Shown here one piece after another: positions 51,110-61,160 of a DNA stretch of 64,000 nt. This DNA is from a virus. The notes below the pieces were generated by a model, which saw only the letters and a program-made list of their open reading frames with translations, did not search any database and was not told the DNA's origin. How positions within the stretch are numbered: position 1 is the stretch's first letter; every line of letters begins with the position of its first letter. The stretch covers positions 1-64,000 of the IMG/VR virus record IMGVR_UViG_3300025073_000027. One strand, 5' to 3'. Position numbers and translations under genes: made by a program.

Positions 51110-52222
51110 ATGATTCCTAGCAATGTTTTAAAATTCGCTACTAAAGATAATCTTGGTGTTTATGAGAAGTTTCAAGATTATTACAATCATTATCGGTCTA
51201 TAAATGAAAAGAAATCTTTTACTTTTTCTGAAAAAGACACCGAAGGGAATCCAATTACATTTGCGGAAAAAGAATTAATGATGAGTGCTGCATTGAAGCG
51301 TGAAATTATGCGCGTAGCAGGTATTCAGAATTTTGAACAATTTCCGTTAGAACAATGGGTTACAAATCCCATGTTAAATTGGGCGACTTTTGCAGTAATA
51401 AGCGGTCTTGTTGAAGTGGTTATTCCAGATGTAATTTTTGATAGTTTTGGTTTGTTTACTGATATCAAAAATATTGGGTGGGGTGATAGTGCATTATTTG
51501 AAGTTGAAAGCAATGGACTGTTTACTGTTTCTAAAGCTGGTCGCGCTCAAAGAACGACTGAAATGTATAAAGAGTTTAAGGGCAATGTTTCGATTGTTCC
51601 TGAGCCTCGTCAGTTGACTGTTGGTGTAAGTTTATATCGTGTACTTTCGGGTGCAGAAAGTCTTGCTCGTTTCGTTTCAAAACTAATTTTGTCTCTTGAA
51701 AGTCAGATGACTATTGATGTATATAATGCATTTGTTACTTTAATGAATGGTCTTCCTACGACTACTACTACGGGTTTACAGGTTTCTGGTTATTCTGAAA
51801 CAGATTTACGCAGAATTTGCGCTCAGATTGAAGCTTGGACTCGGACTAAACCAATGGTGGTTGGAACAAGTCTTGCTCTCGCGAATGTTCTTCCTTCAAC
51901 GGATGTGAATTATCGTTGGGATCTTGGAACAAGTGAATATTCTCGTTTAGGTTATATGCAGACTGCTTGGGGATACAATATGCTTGCTTTACCCAATATT
52001 GCAGATCATACAACTGAATGGGCAAGAGTTATTAGTGATTCTTATCTTTGGATTCTTGCTCCTGCTTCTGGTAAACTTTTGAAATTGGTTCTTGAAGGCG
52101 CTACTTTGTCGAATACTGATAGTGTATTTGAAAACGGTAACTTGCTTCAGAGGTCAACCATGATTAAGAGTTATGGAATTGGAGTTGTTACTAATTCCTT
52201 GGCTGGACTTATTGCTCTCTAA
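51110..52222 (+). CDS. Major capsid protein (YonB-like, HK97 fold)
   Basis: 370 aa, FTDIKNIGWGDSALFEV E-loop-like segment; strong RBS and downstream terminator. Confidence 0.85.
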   Translation: MIPSNVLKFATKDNLGVYEKFQDYYNHYRSINEKKSFTFSEKDTEGNPITFAEKELMMSAALKREIMRVAGIQNFEQFPLEQWVTNPMLNWATFAVISGLVEVVIPDVIFDSFGLFTDIKNIGWGDSALFEVESNGLFTVSKAGRAQRTTEMYKEFKGNVSIVPEPRQLTVGVSLYRVLSGAESLARFVSKLILSLESQMTIDVYNAFVTLMNGLPTTTTTGLQVSGYSETDLRRICAQIEAWTRTKPMVVGTSLALANVLPSTDVNYRWDLGTSEYSRLGYMQTAWGYNMLALPNIADHTTEWARVISDSYLWILAPASGKLLKLVLEGATLSNTDSVFENGNLLQRSTMIKSYGIGVVTNSLAGLIAL

Positions 52223-52259
52223 AGATAGAATTTTTATAATTTAATAGTTTTATTAGTTG

Positions 52260-52295
52260 TCATGCAGATAAGTATAAATCTACTTATCTGCATGA
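52260..52295 (+). terminator. Terminator after the major capsid gene
   Basis: tcatgcagataagta / tacttatctgcatga 15-bp stem. Confidence 0.75.
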
Positions 52296-52352
52296 TAAAT
52301 TAATTTTTATAAATAGATAATTATAGATAAATAGATAAAAGGAGATTTTATA

Positions 52353-53057
52353 ATGGCAAGACCTAGTAAATCGCAAGTTGCGGACTCTACAGATGTTTCA
52401 GTTGGAACAGTGAGTGGAGATAATATAAATCAAAATGATTTAATGGAATTAATTCGCGGATTACAATTAAAAATTGAAGAGCTTGAGAAGAAAAATAGTT
52501 CTCAAGGTGAAACGCCAATTGTAGGTAATTATGACGATGAAGAAAATGAATATGAAAATATAACTATTCGTCCTGATAAATATATCAAGGTGATGAGTTT
52601 AGATACATATCCTCTTAATTTAAGTACAGAGGGTAGGGGTAAAGGAAGAATTTTCCGATTTAATGAATTTGGTGAAATCAAACGTATACAGTACAGGTAT
52701 CTTTGTGACATTATTGAACATCAAAGAAATTTTCTTAAGGGTGGTAAATTTTATATTCTTAATCGTGCAGTAATTCATGAACAAGGATTGGAAGAAGAAT
52801 ATTCTAAAATTCTCACAAAAGAAAATATTGAAGTGATTTTGAATGGAAATGATCGAGATATAACTATTTCTTTATTTCAATCTGCTAATAAATCACAGCA
52901 AGAAGTTATTATTCAAATGTTAATTGATCGTAGGATTTCTGGACAAAACGTTGATTTAAATATTTGGGATAAAGTTAATCGATTAGCGGATTTTGATATG
53001 GAAGAAAAATATAAAGTTACGAAAGATTATTTGGATTCTGTAAATAAAAGTGAATAA
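52353..53057 (+). CDS. Head morphogenesis protein (YonA-like)
   Basis: Position after capsid; F.FNEFGEIKRI motif. Confidence 0.65.
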   Translation: MARPSKSQVADSTDVSVGTVSGDNINQNDLMELIRGLQLKIEELEKKNSSQGETPIVGNYDDEENEYENITIRPDKYIKVMSLDTYPLNLSTEGRGKGRIFRFNEFGEIKRIQYRYLCDIIEHQRNFLKGGKFYILNRAVIHEQGLEEEYSKILTKENIEVILNGNDRDITISLFQSANKSQQEVIIQMLIDRRISGQNVDLNIWDKVNRLADFDMEEKYKVTKDYLDSVNKSE

Positions 53058-53077
53058 TATTATAGAAAGGAGGGCAA

Positions 53078-53533
53078 ATGACCACATCTTTAGAAAATAT
53101 AAGCGATTTATTTTTGTCCTTGAGTAATGATTTTAGATTAACTGCCCTCTATCAAACATCTGGTAGCGTAGCACTTAATGATTATTTAGAACCATTTTTA
53201 TTGTTTAGTATTGATGATTTTGCAGATATTTCTTCTCAAGATTTAACTTATTCTACAACCACACAATTGTTTACAGAAACATTGACTCAAAAAAATAAAA
53301 ATATTCTTGCTCAAATTATGACTAAATATCATTTGCAAAGAGAATTGCAAAATATTATGCAAATGACAAATTTCATTGTTGATAAAGATTTTAAAACTTA
53401 TTCTGCTGCAAATAATTTAAAAGAAAAAAGAGAATTATATAATGCAAAAAGAGAGGAAGTTAGCCAGTTGTTAATTGATTACGGGTATAAGAATAATGAT
53501 TGGGATTCTTGGGAATTACAAGAATTTTCATAA
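53078..53533 (+). CDS. Head-tail adaptor/neck protein
   Basis: MTTSLENISDLFL...ILAQIM...KDFKTYSAANNL. Confidence 0.7.
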   Translation: MTTSLENISDLFLSLSNDFRLTALYQTSGSVALNDYLEPFLLFSIDDFADISSQDLTYSTTTQLFTETLTQKNKNILAQIMTKYHLQRELQNIMQMTNFIVDKDFKTYSAANNLKEKRELYNAKREEVSQLLIDYGYKNNDWDSWELQEFS

Positions 53534-53542
53534 GGAGGATAA

Positions 53543-54580
53543 ATGGCATACAAGTATTTCCTTTCGGGGAGTCCAATTACTTTTTATTCTCCTAATGAAT
53601 CTTTTGTAAATGATTTTAATGCATATCTTACTGCTGAATTTGCTAATGCTTCCAATGTTTATACTATACAAAAAGAATCATCTTTTGCTTCTGGTTCATA
53701 TGTTCCAATTCAAGTAAGAATAAATACAGCAATAGATTCTGAAACAGGTCAAAAATTAGGTGATGACTTTAAAGTTATTTTATTTAAAACTTTGTCGGAT
53801 GCGGGTTCAATGGGAAGTAAGTATTATTTTGATGATAATTATTGGTTGACAATAAACACAGAAGTTACTAAAAATTTAGCTGCTTCTTTAACGGTTCGTA
53901 GGTGTAATAATGTTTTAAGATGGACAAATTCAAGTGGTAGTCAATTGTCAGAACATTGTATTTTTGACTATCGTATAGCATCTCCAAAAAATACTTATAG
54001 GAGTGATCCGCTTATACCGGATGGGACTATTCGTTTATATTGCCAACTAAATTCGAAAACTAGACAAATTAAAGAAAATCAACGTTTTCTCTTTGGTTCA
54101 TCGGGGAATTTTTCGGCATGGCGCGTGTATGGTGCTGGAATATTGTCATTTTTAAATAATGAAACAGAAAATAACGAATCGGCACAAATTGTAGAATTTG
54201 CTATGGGTAAATCATTTATTAATGAGGATACTGATGATTTAGTGGGTGGATATGTAGACGCATATAAAATTTTAGCTTCTGGTTCTACTATTGAAAATAA
54301 TATTCAAATCACACCTACTAGCGGTTCTATTTTAGAAAATGATACTCAAACATATGAAGTGTATTTAGTGTCAGGATCTACAATACTCCCAAATACTTTT
54401 ACTTTTGAAATTTCTGGTTCAACTACGGTGGTTTCAACAAAATATTCTTTTGCCGCTATTGATGATAATTCATTTTCGGTTGAAAATATATCTCAAGATT
54501 TAGATAATTCTATATTTATTAATTGTGTTTCGGGTAGTTATTTAAGAGTTAAAGAATTGTGGTTGCGTGGAATGTGGTAA
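53543..54580 (+). CDS. Head closure/neck protein with C-terminal Ig-like extension
   Basis: GSKYYFDDNYWL...RRCNNVLRW; 8 SGS motifs. Confidence 0.7.
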   Translation: MAYKYFLSGSPITFYSPNESFVNDFNAYLTAEFANASNVYTIQKESSFASGSYVPIQVRINTAIDSETGQKLGDDFKVILFKTLSDAGSMGSKYYFDDNYWLTINTEVTKNLAASLTVRRCNNVLRWTNSSGSQLSEHCIFDYRIASPKNTYRSDPLIPDGTIRLYCQLNSKTRQIKENQRFLFGSSGNFSAWRVYGAGILSFLNNETENNESAQIVEFAMGKSFINEDTDDLVGGYVDAYKILASGSTIENNIQITPTSGSILENDTQTYEVYLVSGSTILPNTFTFEISGSTTVVSTKYSFAAIDDNSFSVENISQDLDNSIFINCVSGSYLRVKELWLRGMW

Positions 54581-54695
54581 GTAGATAGGTTTCATCTGAT
54601 CAATGAAACTGAAAAAGGATGGTTTTCCCTCTAATCATCCTTTCTTTAATTTAATTATATTTATGAAAAAGAGGGAAATAATTGGAGGGAATATA

Positions 54696-55472
54696 ATGAT
54701 AATTAATGGCGATATGGTGAGCAATATAATTATAAGTGGTATTTATTGCATTGAGAATATTATTGATGGTAAAAAATATATTGGATATTCAGAAAATATA
54801 TATAAACGATGGAAATTTCATATTATGAATTTAAATGGTAATTATCATAAAAACGCTTATTTGAATCATGCCTGGAATAAGTATGGAGAAGAAAATTTTA
54901 AGTTTTGGGTAATAGAAGAATATATTAATGATCCACAATTATTGAAATTAATGGAAACTTATTTTATTGTTTATTATGAATCTTTTATAGATTTTGGGAA
55001 AGGATATAATTTAACATTGGGAGGAGAAGGATTATTTAATATTTCTAATTTAACTAGGAAAAAAATGTCTAAAAAAGGAATTAATAATCCTAATTATGGA
55101 AGAAAAGTATCATTAGAAGTTAGAAAAAAAATGTCTAATACACATAAATTATTAACTTTTTCAGAAAACCATCGAAAAAATCTTTCTATATCTGTAACCA
55201 AATATTTAAATGAAAATCGGGAAAAATATATTGGTGAAAACAATCCATTTTACGGAAAACAACATTCAGATGAACAAAAACAAAAATGGTCTGAAATGCG
55301 TAAAGGTAAAAGAAATGGTGGTGAAAAATTGAGTGTTGAAAATGTAATAGAGATAAAAAAAATGTTAATGAATGGAATAATGGGATGTGAAATTGCTAAA
55401 ATCTTTAATACATCTAAATCTAATATATCAAGTATTAAAAATGGTTTAACTTGGGGAGATATAATATTATGA
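54696..55472 (+). CDS. GIY-YIG homing endonuclease with NUMOD3 repeats and C-terminal HTH
   Basis: SGIYCIENIIDGKKYIGYS...RW..H...GYN; NPNYGRK, NPFYGKQHSDE; start ATG 54696 after GGAGGG. Confidence 0.9.
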   Translation: MIINGDMVSNIIISGIYCIENIIDGKKYIGYSENIYKRWKFHIMNLNGNYHKNAYLNHAWNKYGEENFKFWVIEEYINDPQLLKLMETYFIVYYESFIDFGKGYNLTLGGEGLFNISNLTRKKMSKKGINNPNYGRKVSLEVRKKMSNTHKLLTFSENHRKNLSISVTKYLNENREKYIGENNPFYGKQHSDEQKQKWSEMRKGKRNGGEKLSVENVIEIKKMLMNGIMGCEIAKIFNTSKSNISSIKNGLTWGDIIL

Positions 55473-55506
55473 TAATTATTAATTTTTATAATGGGGAAAT
55501 TTATTA

Positions 55507-56307
55507 ATGTCTCCTATACAATTGCATCCTCGTCAGTTGGATCTTATCAAGCTTTCCGGTTCACACATTCGCAGAGAAGGTGCATTACCAGATCAAAAAT
55601 TAGGGGTAACGAGTGGTTCATCATCCATTTATTCTGTTTTTCTTTCAGATGGTGCAGGGGGAGCATATTGGGGAAATATGGGGGGTGAATTTGCTCATAA
55701 AATTACTGTTTTTCATTATGATGGTTCACCTGCTGAATTTTTTGAAGTAACGGATGCTGGTTGGGATTTAGCGGCAGCAGAATGTAGTGCATATGACACA
55801 ATGGTCAGCCCGCCTGCTGTTTACAGTACATCTCATACAGTACCGAATCAAGTTGCATATTTGGGAGCCGGGACACTCTCCACCAGGCATACGGGCAAGG
55901 TCACAATTGGAGCGGGCTGCTATATTCGAGATATAAATATTGTCAGAAGTGCCAACGATGAGAATGATCTTGACGGAATGGATGGTCCATCATCGGGAGA
56001 ATCATATCTCAATACGGTTAATATAACAGTTACGCAATTGGGGGCAGGCAACGCCAATGCTATCAACCTGGGGGTAGGTACGTTAAAAACTAGGGAGTGC
56101 TATTTGCGAGCGATTGTGGATGGAGCAGGAAGAGCGTCAGGTTTGTCATGTTCAGGTGATGGGATAGCATGGCTTCAACAGTCTGAAATGATCGCTTTGG
56201 CTGGCGAGACTGGTACGGCCTATGGCTGTTACCGAACATTGGGAACGGTATATATTATTGGCGGTCAGTGTATTGGCACAACCGCACCTACTTATAGTGA
56301 GGCATGA
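55507..56307 (+). CDS. Putative virion protein with beta-helix-like C-terminus
   Basis: G/A/T-rich beta repeats; GC content rises within the gene. Confidence 0.65.
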   Translation: MSPIQLHPRQLDLIKLSGSHIRREGALPDQKLGVTSGSSSIYSVFLSDGAGGAYWGNMGGEFAHKITVFHYDGSPAEFFEVTDAGWDLAAAECSAYDTMVSPPAVYSTSHTVPNQVAYLGAGTLSTRHTGKVTIGAGCYIRDINIVRSANDENDLDGMDGPSSGESYLNTVNITVTQLGAGNANAINLGVGTLKTRECYLRAIVDGAGRASGLSCSGDGIAWLQQSEMIALAGETGTAYGCYRTLGTVYIIGGQCIGTTAPTYSEA

Positions 56308-56308
56308 A

Positions 56309-57322
56309 ATGACAGGTACAATTACATGGATGACGGGATTTAATCGGAATATACCACTCAATTCGGTGGATTATAGCGGCGCAATTACAAGAGATACAGA
56401 ATATTATCGTACAGGAACTGCATCGCTGAAACTTTATACATGGAACGAACCCGCATATTGGGTACGACATCAAATTGCAGGATCACCAGACAATCCAAGC
56501 ATTGCTATTGCTATTAATCCGCACGATTATTTCAGTTACAACGTAGAGAATTTTCCTAAAATATATTTACGGAGGGATATTGATACCTATTTTGAACTGA
56601 GATGGAATTTCGACACGCATACAATGGATTTATATATTGATGACGCGCTAGCACAGGCTGGAGGTATTGAGGTATCGCAAAATGATTGGTTTCACCTGCA
56701 ATGGAAGATAGATCCGGATGGGGATAAAATCTATGTCAAGATAGATGGCCATGTTTCAATTGATTATGATTACACTGAAGCATATACATTTGATTATTGC
56801 TATTTGGTAGGTGGTAAATATGCATTACTGGATACGTACGAATGTTATTTCGATGATTGGTGCATTGGCTATGGTGATTATTTTGGTGATGTTCGGATTG
56901 AATCGCTTACACCAGAGGCCGATGATACTGTGCAATGGGACAGGTCAGCGGGAACGACAAATTATGAGAATGTTGATGAAACACCGCAATCAGATACAGA
57001 TTACAATTATACACGGGTAGATGCGGAATATGACAAGATGGATGTGACAGATTTTGTCACACCCGATCCTGTAACTGGAATAGCAAAACAGGTTATTGCC
57101 GTGATGCCTTGGGTACGTGCTAAGGTTGATGTTGCAACGGGTGAATATATCAAGGTTGGTGTAGACAGCGCAAGCACGATTGATACCACCACTCATGCCC
57201 TGGCATACTCGTATGAAATATATGAGCATATTATGCAGATCAATCCGGCTGACAGCGCAGCTTGGGAAGATGCTGATATTGATGCGTTGTTGCTGTATTA
57301 TGAGGCAGCGTTAGGAGCATAA
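56309..57322 (+). CDS. Concanavalin/LamG-like beta-sandwich virion protein (paralog 1)
   Basis: WFHLQW..IYVKIDG..YFDDWCI; shares C-terminus with the next gene; start ATG 56309. Confidence 0.65.
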   Translation: MTGTITWMTGFNRNIPLNSVDYSGAITRDTEYYRTGTASLKLYTWNEPAYWVRHQIAGSPDNPSIAIAINPHDYFSYNVENFPKIYLRRDIDTYFELRWNFDTHTMDLYIDDALAQAGGIEVSQNDWFHLQWKIDPDGDKIYVKIDGHVSIDYDYTEAYTFDYCYLVGGKYALLDTYECYFDDWCIGYGDYFGDVRIESLTPEADDTVQWDRSAGTTNYENVDETPQSDTDYNYTRVDAEYDKMDVTDFVTPDPVTGIAKQVIAVMPWVRAKVDVATGEYIKVGVDSASTIDTTTHALAYSYEIYEHIMQINPADSAAWEDADIDALLLYYEAALGA

Positions 57323-58315
57323 ATGACTTATTTAATGACTTATGATGGCAATATTGGTGGAGTACCAGTTCCGAGCGGTTATTATGTAGGTGCATCAATT
57401 TATGCTGGATATGCTATAACGGGAACTTACTCGACACGAATATATAGTAACTCCTCCGCAGAGGTTTATATTAATTTTCCATATCCGAATACATCAAGTC
57501 CAGCGGTATCAATGTGGTTATATTTAACGGGTTTGGCTTGGACACATAGTTCATATTGTAAAATACAATTTTTGATCGGTAGCCTGTATGTTGGATTATT
57601 GTGGAATGGAACGAATAAAACTTTTGATCTCTATGTAAATGGTTCTAAAGTGGCCGATGGGACTGTATTTCTCGATTCTCAAAGCCTGTTTAATCTCAGA
57701 ATCTATGGAACGATTGCTGATTCTGGTGGAATAACAGTCAAAATTAATGGGGAAACTTCAATCGAATATAGTGGAGACACCAAGCCTGGATCGGACACGG
57801 AAGTAACAATGCTCTATTTTTGGACAAAAGGCGCTCTTGGAGCTTCTAGCGGTGTTTATATCTCAAGTTTATCCATCAATGACGGTGGAACTGATCCAGG
57901 AGATCGGCGGGCGCAGGTGCTAATGCCTGATGGTGACAGTAGCGTTCAGTGGACACCATCAACGGGATCAGACAACTATGCTACGGTAGATGAAGTTCCA
58001 TTGAGTGATACTGATTATCTGGAGACATCCACGGATGGACATAAAGACCTACTAACACTGGAGGATTTTGACGGAACAGACAGAACGATTGCAGGTGTAA
58101 CCAAGTTCGTGCGAGCGTGGAAAACAACCGCAGATGCACAGACATTATATAATGGCGTGAATAGTGGCTCTACTGAATCATATACCGAACATGAACTGGA
58201 AACAGCGGCAATATATTTTTATCATGGCATGGCGACCAACCCGGATGATAGCGCAGCCTGGGAAGATGCTGATATTGACGGGCTGCTTGCCATGCATCAA
58301 GCAGTTATACCGTAA
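57323..58315 (+). CDS. Concanavalin/LamG-like beta-sandwich virion protein (paralog 2)
   Basis: DLYVNG...ITVKING...NY..VDE.P.SDTDY...NPDDSAAWEDADID. Confidence 0.65.
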   Translation: MTYLMTYDGNIGGVPVPSGYYVGASIYAGYAITGTYSTRIYSNSSAEVYINFPYPNTSSPAVSMWLYLTGLAWTHSSYCKIQFLIGSLYVGLLWNGTNKTFDLYVNGSKVADGTVFLDSQSLFNLRIYGTIADSGGITVKINGETSIEYSGDTKPGSDTEVTMLYFWTKGALGASSGVYISSLSINDGGTDPGDRRAQVLMPDGDSSVQWTPSTGSDNYATVDEVPLSDTDYLETSTDGHKDLLTLEDFDGTDRTIAGVTKFVRAWKTTADAQTLYNGVNSGSTESYTEHELETAAIYFYHGMATNPDDSAAWEDADIDGLLAMHQAVIP

Positions 58316-58734
58316 TGGCACAAAGAGTTAGCCAGACTGGGATCATTGTTGAATACACAGTTGATGACCATGCAATCCGGGCAAGTCAGACCGGTGTAAT
58401 CATTGAGTATGAGCCACAACCTGGCTGGCAGGTGTCACAGGCTGGCGTTGAGACAGCCTGGATACCACAACCGCCTCGTGAAATCTCAGTCTCACAGGCA
58501 GGCATTGAGATTGGGCAACAGCCCGAATATACTGATGTGCTGGTATCACAGGCTGGTATTGATGTTGCGTGGATACCATTTGTTGATACAACGGGTGAGA
58601 TTTATATCTATTTAACGCATTTAGGAACAACTATATTAGAAGATGGTATTTATTCCTTTGGATGTAGATTGGATACACAATATGATTACAGTGGGAGTGC
58701 AATTTATCAATATGGTGTAGATTGGGAACATTAA
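58315..58734 (+). CDS. Repeat protein with five (V/A)SQ(T/A)G(I/V) units
   Basis: VSQTGII, ASQTGVI, VSQAGVE, VSQAGIE, VSQAGID. Confidence 0.65.
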   Translation: MAQRVSQTGIIVEYTVDDHAIRASQTGVIIEYEPQPGWQVSQAGVETAWIPQPPREISVSQAGIEIGQQPEYTDVLVSQAGIDVAWIPFVDTTGEIYIYLTHLGTTILEDGIYSFGCRLDTQYDYSGSAIYQYGVDWEH

Positions 58735-58747
58735 TGGGAGAATTAAA

Positions 58748-60505
58748 ATGAGCGATTACACACCTTTACCGGGAGATAGAAGCCCATATAAAACAAATAT
58801 TGCAGGAGTTCCACATGCTGATGATTGGGATGATGGTGATAGTCATCATGCGCCTATAACCTTGGGGAGTGGAGGAGATTCAGCATTATCTTTAGATGGG
58901 CAAGAATTAACATTAGCAGATGTTCTTACTCCTACTGAACATACTGCTATTGGCAATGGTTCTCCTCATCATGCGCCTATAACGTTGGCAGATGGAAGTT
59001 CTGGATCATTAATAGGACAAGAACTTGATTTAACTGGACTTGTTGAACATCCAATTATTTTAGAGACATTATCAATTTTAACGATATCTAGTGGATCTTG
59101 TACGGTAAGTAAGGATTATCACATTATTGCTGCCGAGTCTGGGACTACAGATGATCTCGTTACTATCAATGGGGGAGTAGATCGTCAAGTATTAGCAATC
59201 CAAGCAGATGCAGGTGATACCATTACAGTCAAGCATGGAACAGGTAATGTTTATCTGAATGGTGAAGCTGACTTTGATCTATCTGGAGACAAGAGTTTAT
59301 TGTTATTTTATGATGGAACAAATTGGAGTGACTTGGGTGCTGGTGGGAGTAGTGGAGTGTTAGTCGATCACGATCATTCTGGCGATGTTGGAGATGGTGG
59401 TACATTTGATGCGGCTAATTTAACCAGTGGTAGTGCAAGTGTTGGTGATGTGTTAACTTCTGATGGTGTAGGTGGAGCGGCATGGGAAGCATCAGCAGCA
59501 GGTATTGATCCTTATGATCTTGATCCGGAAGCAAATGGAGTAGCTGATCCTGGTACATCGGGTAGTTATAGTCGTGGTGATCATGTTCACACTTCGGGAT
59601 CGGGTGATGGCGATATGACTAAAGCAGTTTACGATATTGATGCTAATGGGGTTATAGATATTGCAGCAGGAGGAACAGGTGCAACTACTGCTCAGGCTGC
59701 AATTGATGCATTGACTAATGTGTCAGCAGCTACAAATGAACATGTGTTAACTAAAGATACAACAACAGGTAGTGCAATATTTAAAGAGGCGGCCAGCGGA
59801 AGTGGCGATAGCACCTATACAGATGCTTATGCCAGCAGGCCAGCGGCGAGTAATGATGGGGATTTATTCTTTCCAAATGATAGCTTTTATGTTCAACGGG
59901 ACACCGGAGCAGCTTGGGCATCCTGGGGTCCTATATTCCCATTAACACCGCTAGTAAATGATGATTTCGCATGGGTCAATCAGGGTGATGCAACTGTATC
60001 AGTGGTGAATGGCGGAGTATATTTAGAAAAGCCAGCAGCAACCGGGCAAAGTTTGAGAATACGAAAAAAGGCAGTACCATCCACGCCTTATACAATAGAT
60101 GTTTTAATGATACCAACCAGAGCGCCCGTCCAAGTGGCTGAATGGGGTATAGGTTGGCGACAGAGTAGTGACGGAAAATTGGCAGTATTGATGTTTCAGA
60201 CAAGCGTAACGCCTAATGTAACTGTATATTCTGGAAAATTCACTAATGAGACAACATGGAGCGCGGTATATCCTTCAGCGACTCTAGCATTAACTTCGTG
60301 GAATGTACCTCCTATATTTTGGAGGATTGAAGATAACGCGACCAACCGGATTATTAGTTATTCATGGGATGGGATACACTTTATGCCGTGGCACAGTATA
60401 GGGCGAACTGATTTTTTGACTGCCGATGAAGTTATTTTCTATGTATGTCCAAACCATGCAACAAATAAAATTGGTTTGAACATTCTAAGTTGGAAAGAGG
60501 CATGA
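58748..60505 (+). CDS. Mosaic tail-fibre/receptor-binding-like protein
   Basis: HHAPITL duplication, GTTDDLVTING module, SRGDHVH, GDMTKAVYD, GGTGATTA fibre motifs; GC-richer C-terminal lectin-like domain. Confidence 0.75.
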   Translation: MSDYTPLPGDRSPYKTNIAGVPHADDWDDGDSHHAPITLGSGGDSALSLDGQELTLADVLTPTEHTAIGNGSPHHAPITLADGSSGSLIGQELDLTGLVEHPIILETLSILTISSGSCTVSKDYHIIAAESGTTDDLVTINGGVDRQVLAIQADAGDTITVKHGTGNVYLNGEADFDLSGDKSLLLFYDGTNWSDLGAGGSSGVLVDHDHSGDVGDGGTFDAANLTSGSASVGDVLTSDGVGGAAWEASAAGIDPYDLDPEANGVADPGTSGSYSRGDHVHTSGSGDGDMTKAVYDIDANGVIDIAAGGTGATTAQAAIDALTNVSAATNEHVLTKDTTTGSAIFKEAASGSGDSTYTDAYASRPAASNDGDLFFPNDSFYVQRDTGAAWASWGPIFPLTPLVNDDFAWVNQGDATVSVVNGGVYLEKPAATGQSLRIRKKAVPSTPYTIDVLMIPTRAPVQVAEWGIGWRQSSDGKLAVLMFQTSVTPNVTVYSGKFTNETTWSAVYPSATLALTSWNVPPIFWRIEDNATNRIISYSWDGIHFMPWHSIGRTDFLTADEVIFYVCPNHATNKIGLNILSWKEA

Positions 60506-60597
60506 AACCCATTACCCACATCTTCATCGCCGCACAGTTCGCAGACATCGCTATGACAATTACTGGAATGGGCCAAGGGTGCAAATATTTTAAATAA
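60502..60597 (+). pseudogene. Truncated DUF5658-like membrane-protein gene
   Basis: MKPITHIFIAAQFADIAMTITGMGQGC aligns with LIIAQFLDILTTFIG of 60739-61071, then stops where GC content drops. Confidence 0.6.
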
Positions 60598-60738
60598 TAA
60601 GTTTAATATTAAATAAAATATAATAATTTTTTATATTGAACATTACAATATAAATAATAATTAATAATATATAAATAAAATATTGATTTTATTACAAAAT
60701 TGTCAAGGTCTTGTTAATAAGGATAACAATAATAAATA

Positions 60739-61071
60739 ATGATAAATTATAATAAGATACAAAATAATATATTTAAACATCCTTTTTATATTAGAATAAT
60801 AAATTTAAAAAGGGTATCTTATTGGTTAATTATAGCACAATTCTTAGATATACTAACAACTTTTATTGGTGTTAGTTTAATGGGATTGATGGAATTAAAT
60901 CCTATGGGATTTACATTTCAAATAGTAATGTTAAAAATATTAATAACTTTTTTAGTGGTATATGTATTAGAACATGAAAAATATTTTAAATTTATGTGGG
61001 CTGTTCCAATTACAGTATTAATATTTCCTTTATGGAATTTATTAAATATTGTTTTAGATTTAATATTATAA
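60739..61071 (+). CDS. DUF5658-like multi-TM membrane protein
   Basis: AQFLDILTT..G...ELNP...K motif, 3 TM segments. Confidence 0.7.
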   Translation: MINYNKIQNNIFKHPFYIRIINLKRVSYWLIIAQFLDILTTFIGVSLMGLMELNPMGFTFQIVMLKILITFLVVYVLEHEKYFKFMWAVPITVLIFPLWNLLNIVLDLIL

Positions 61072-61095
61072 TGGTAAAAAAAATAAATGGATTAA

Positions 61096-61127
61096 ATTGC
61101 TACGCATATTCATTTATGCGTAGCAAT
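61096..61127 (+). terminator. Hairpin terminator
   Basis: attgctacgcata / tatgcgtagcaat. Confidence 0.65.
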
Positions 61128-61160
61128 ATATTAAATTTGAAAAAGAAAGGAGGATAATGG

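Noticed and set aside
54581-55506. Hammerhead ribozyme suggested by CTGATCAATGAAAC
   Set aside because: Lacks the CUGANGA core and stem II arrangement; kept only as an unclassified structured leader
56309-60505. Diversity-generating retroelement acting on fibre genes
   Set aside because: No reverse transcriptase in the window; repeated patches are short and differences are not adenine-specific
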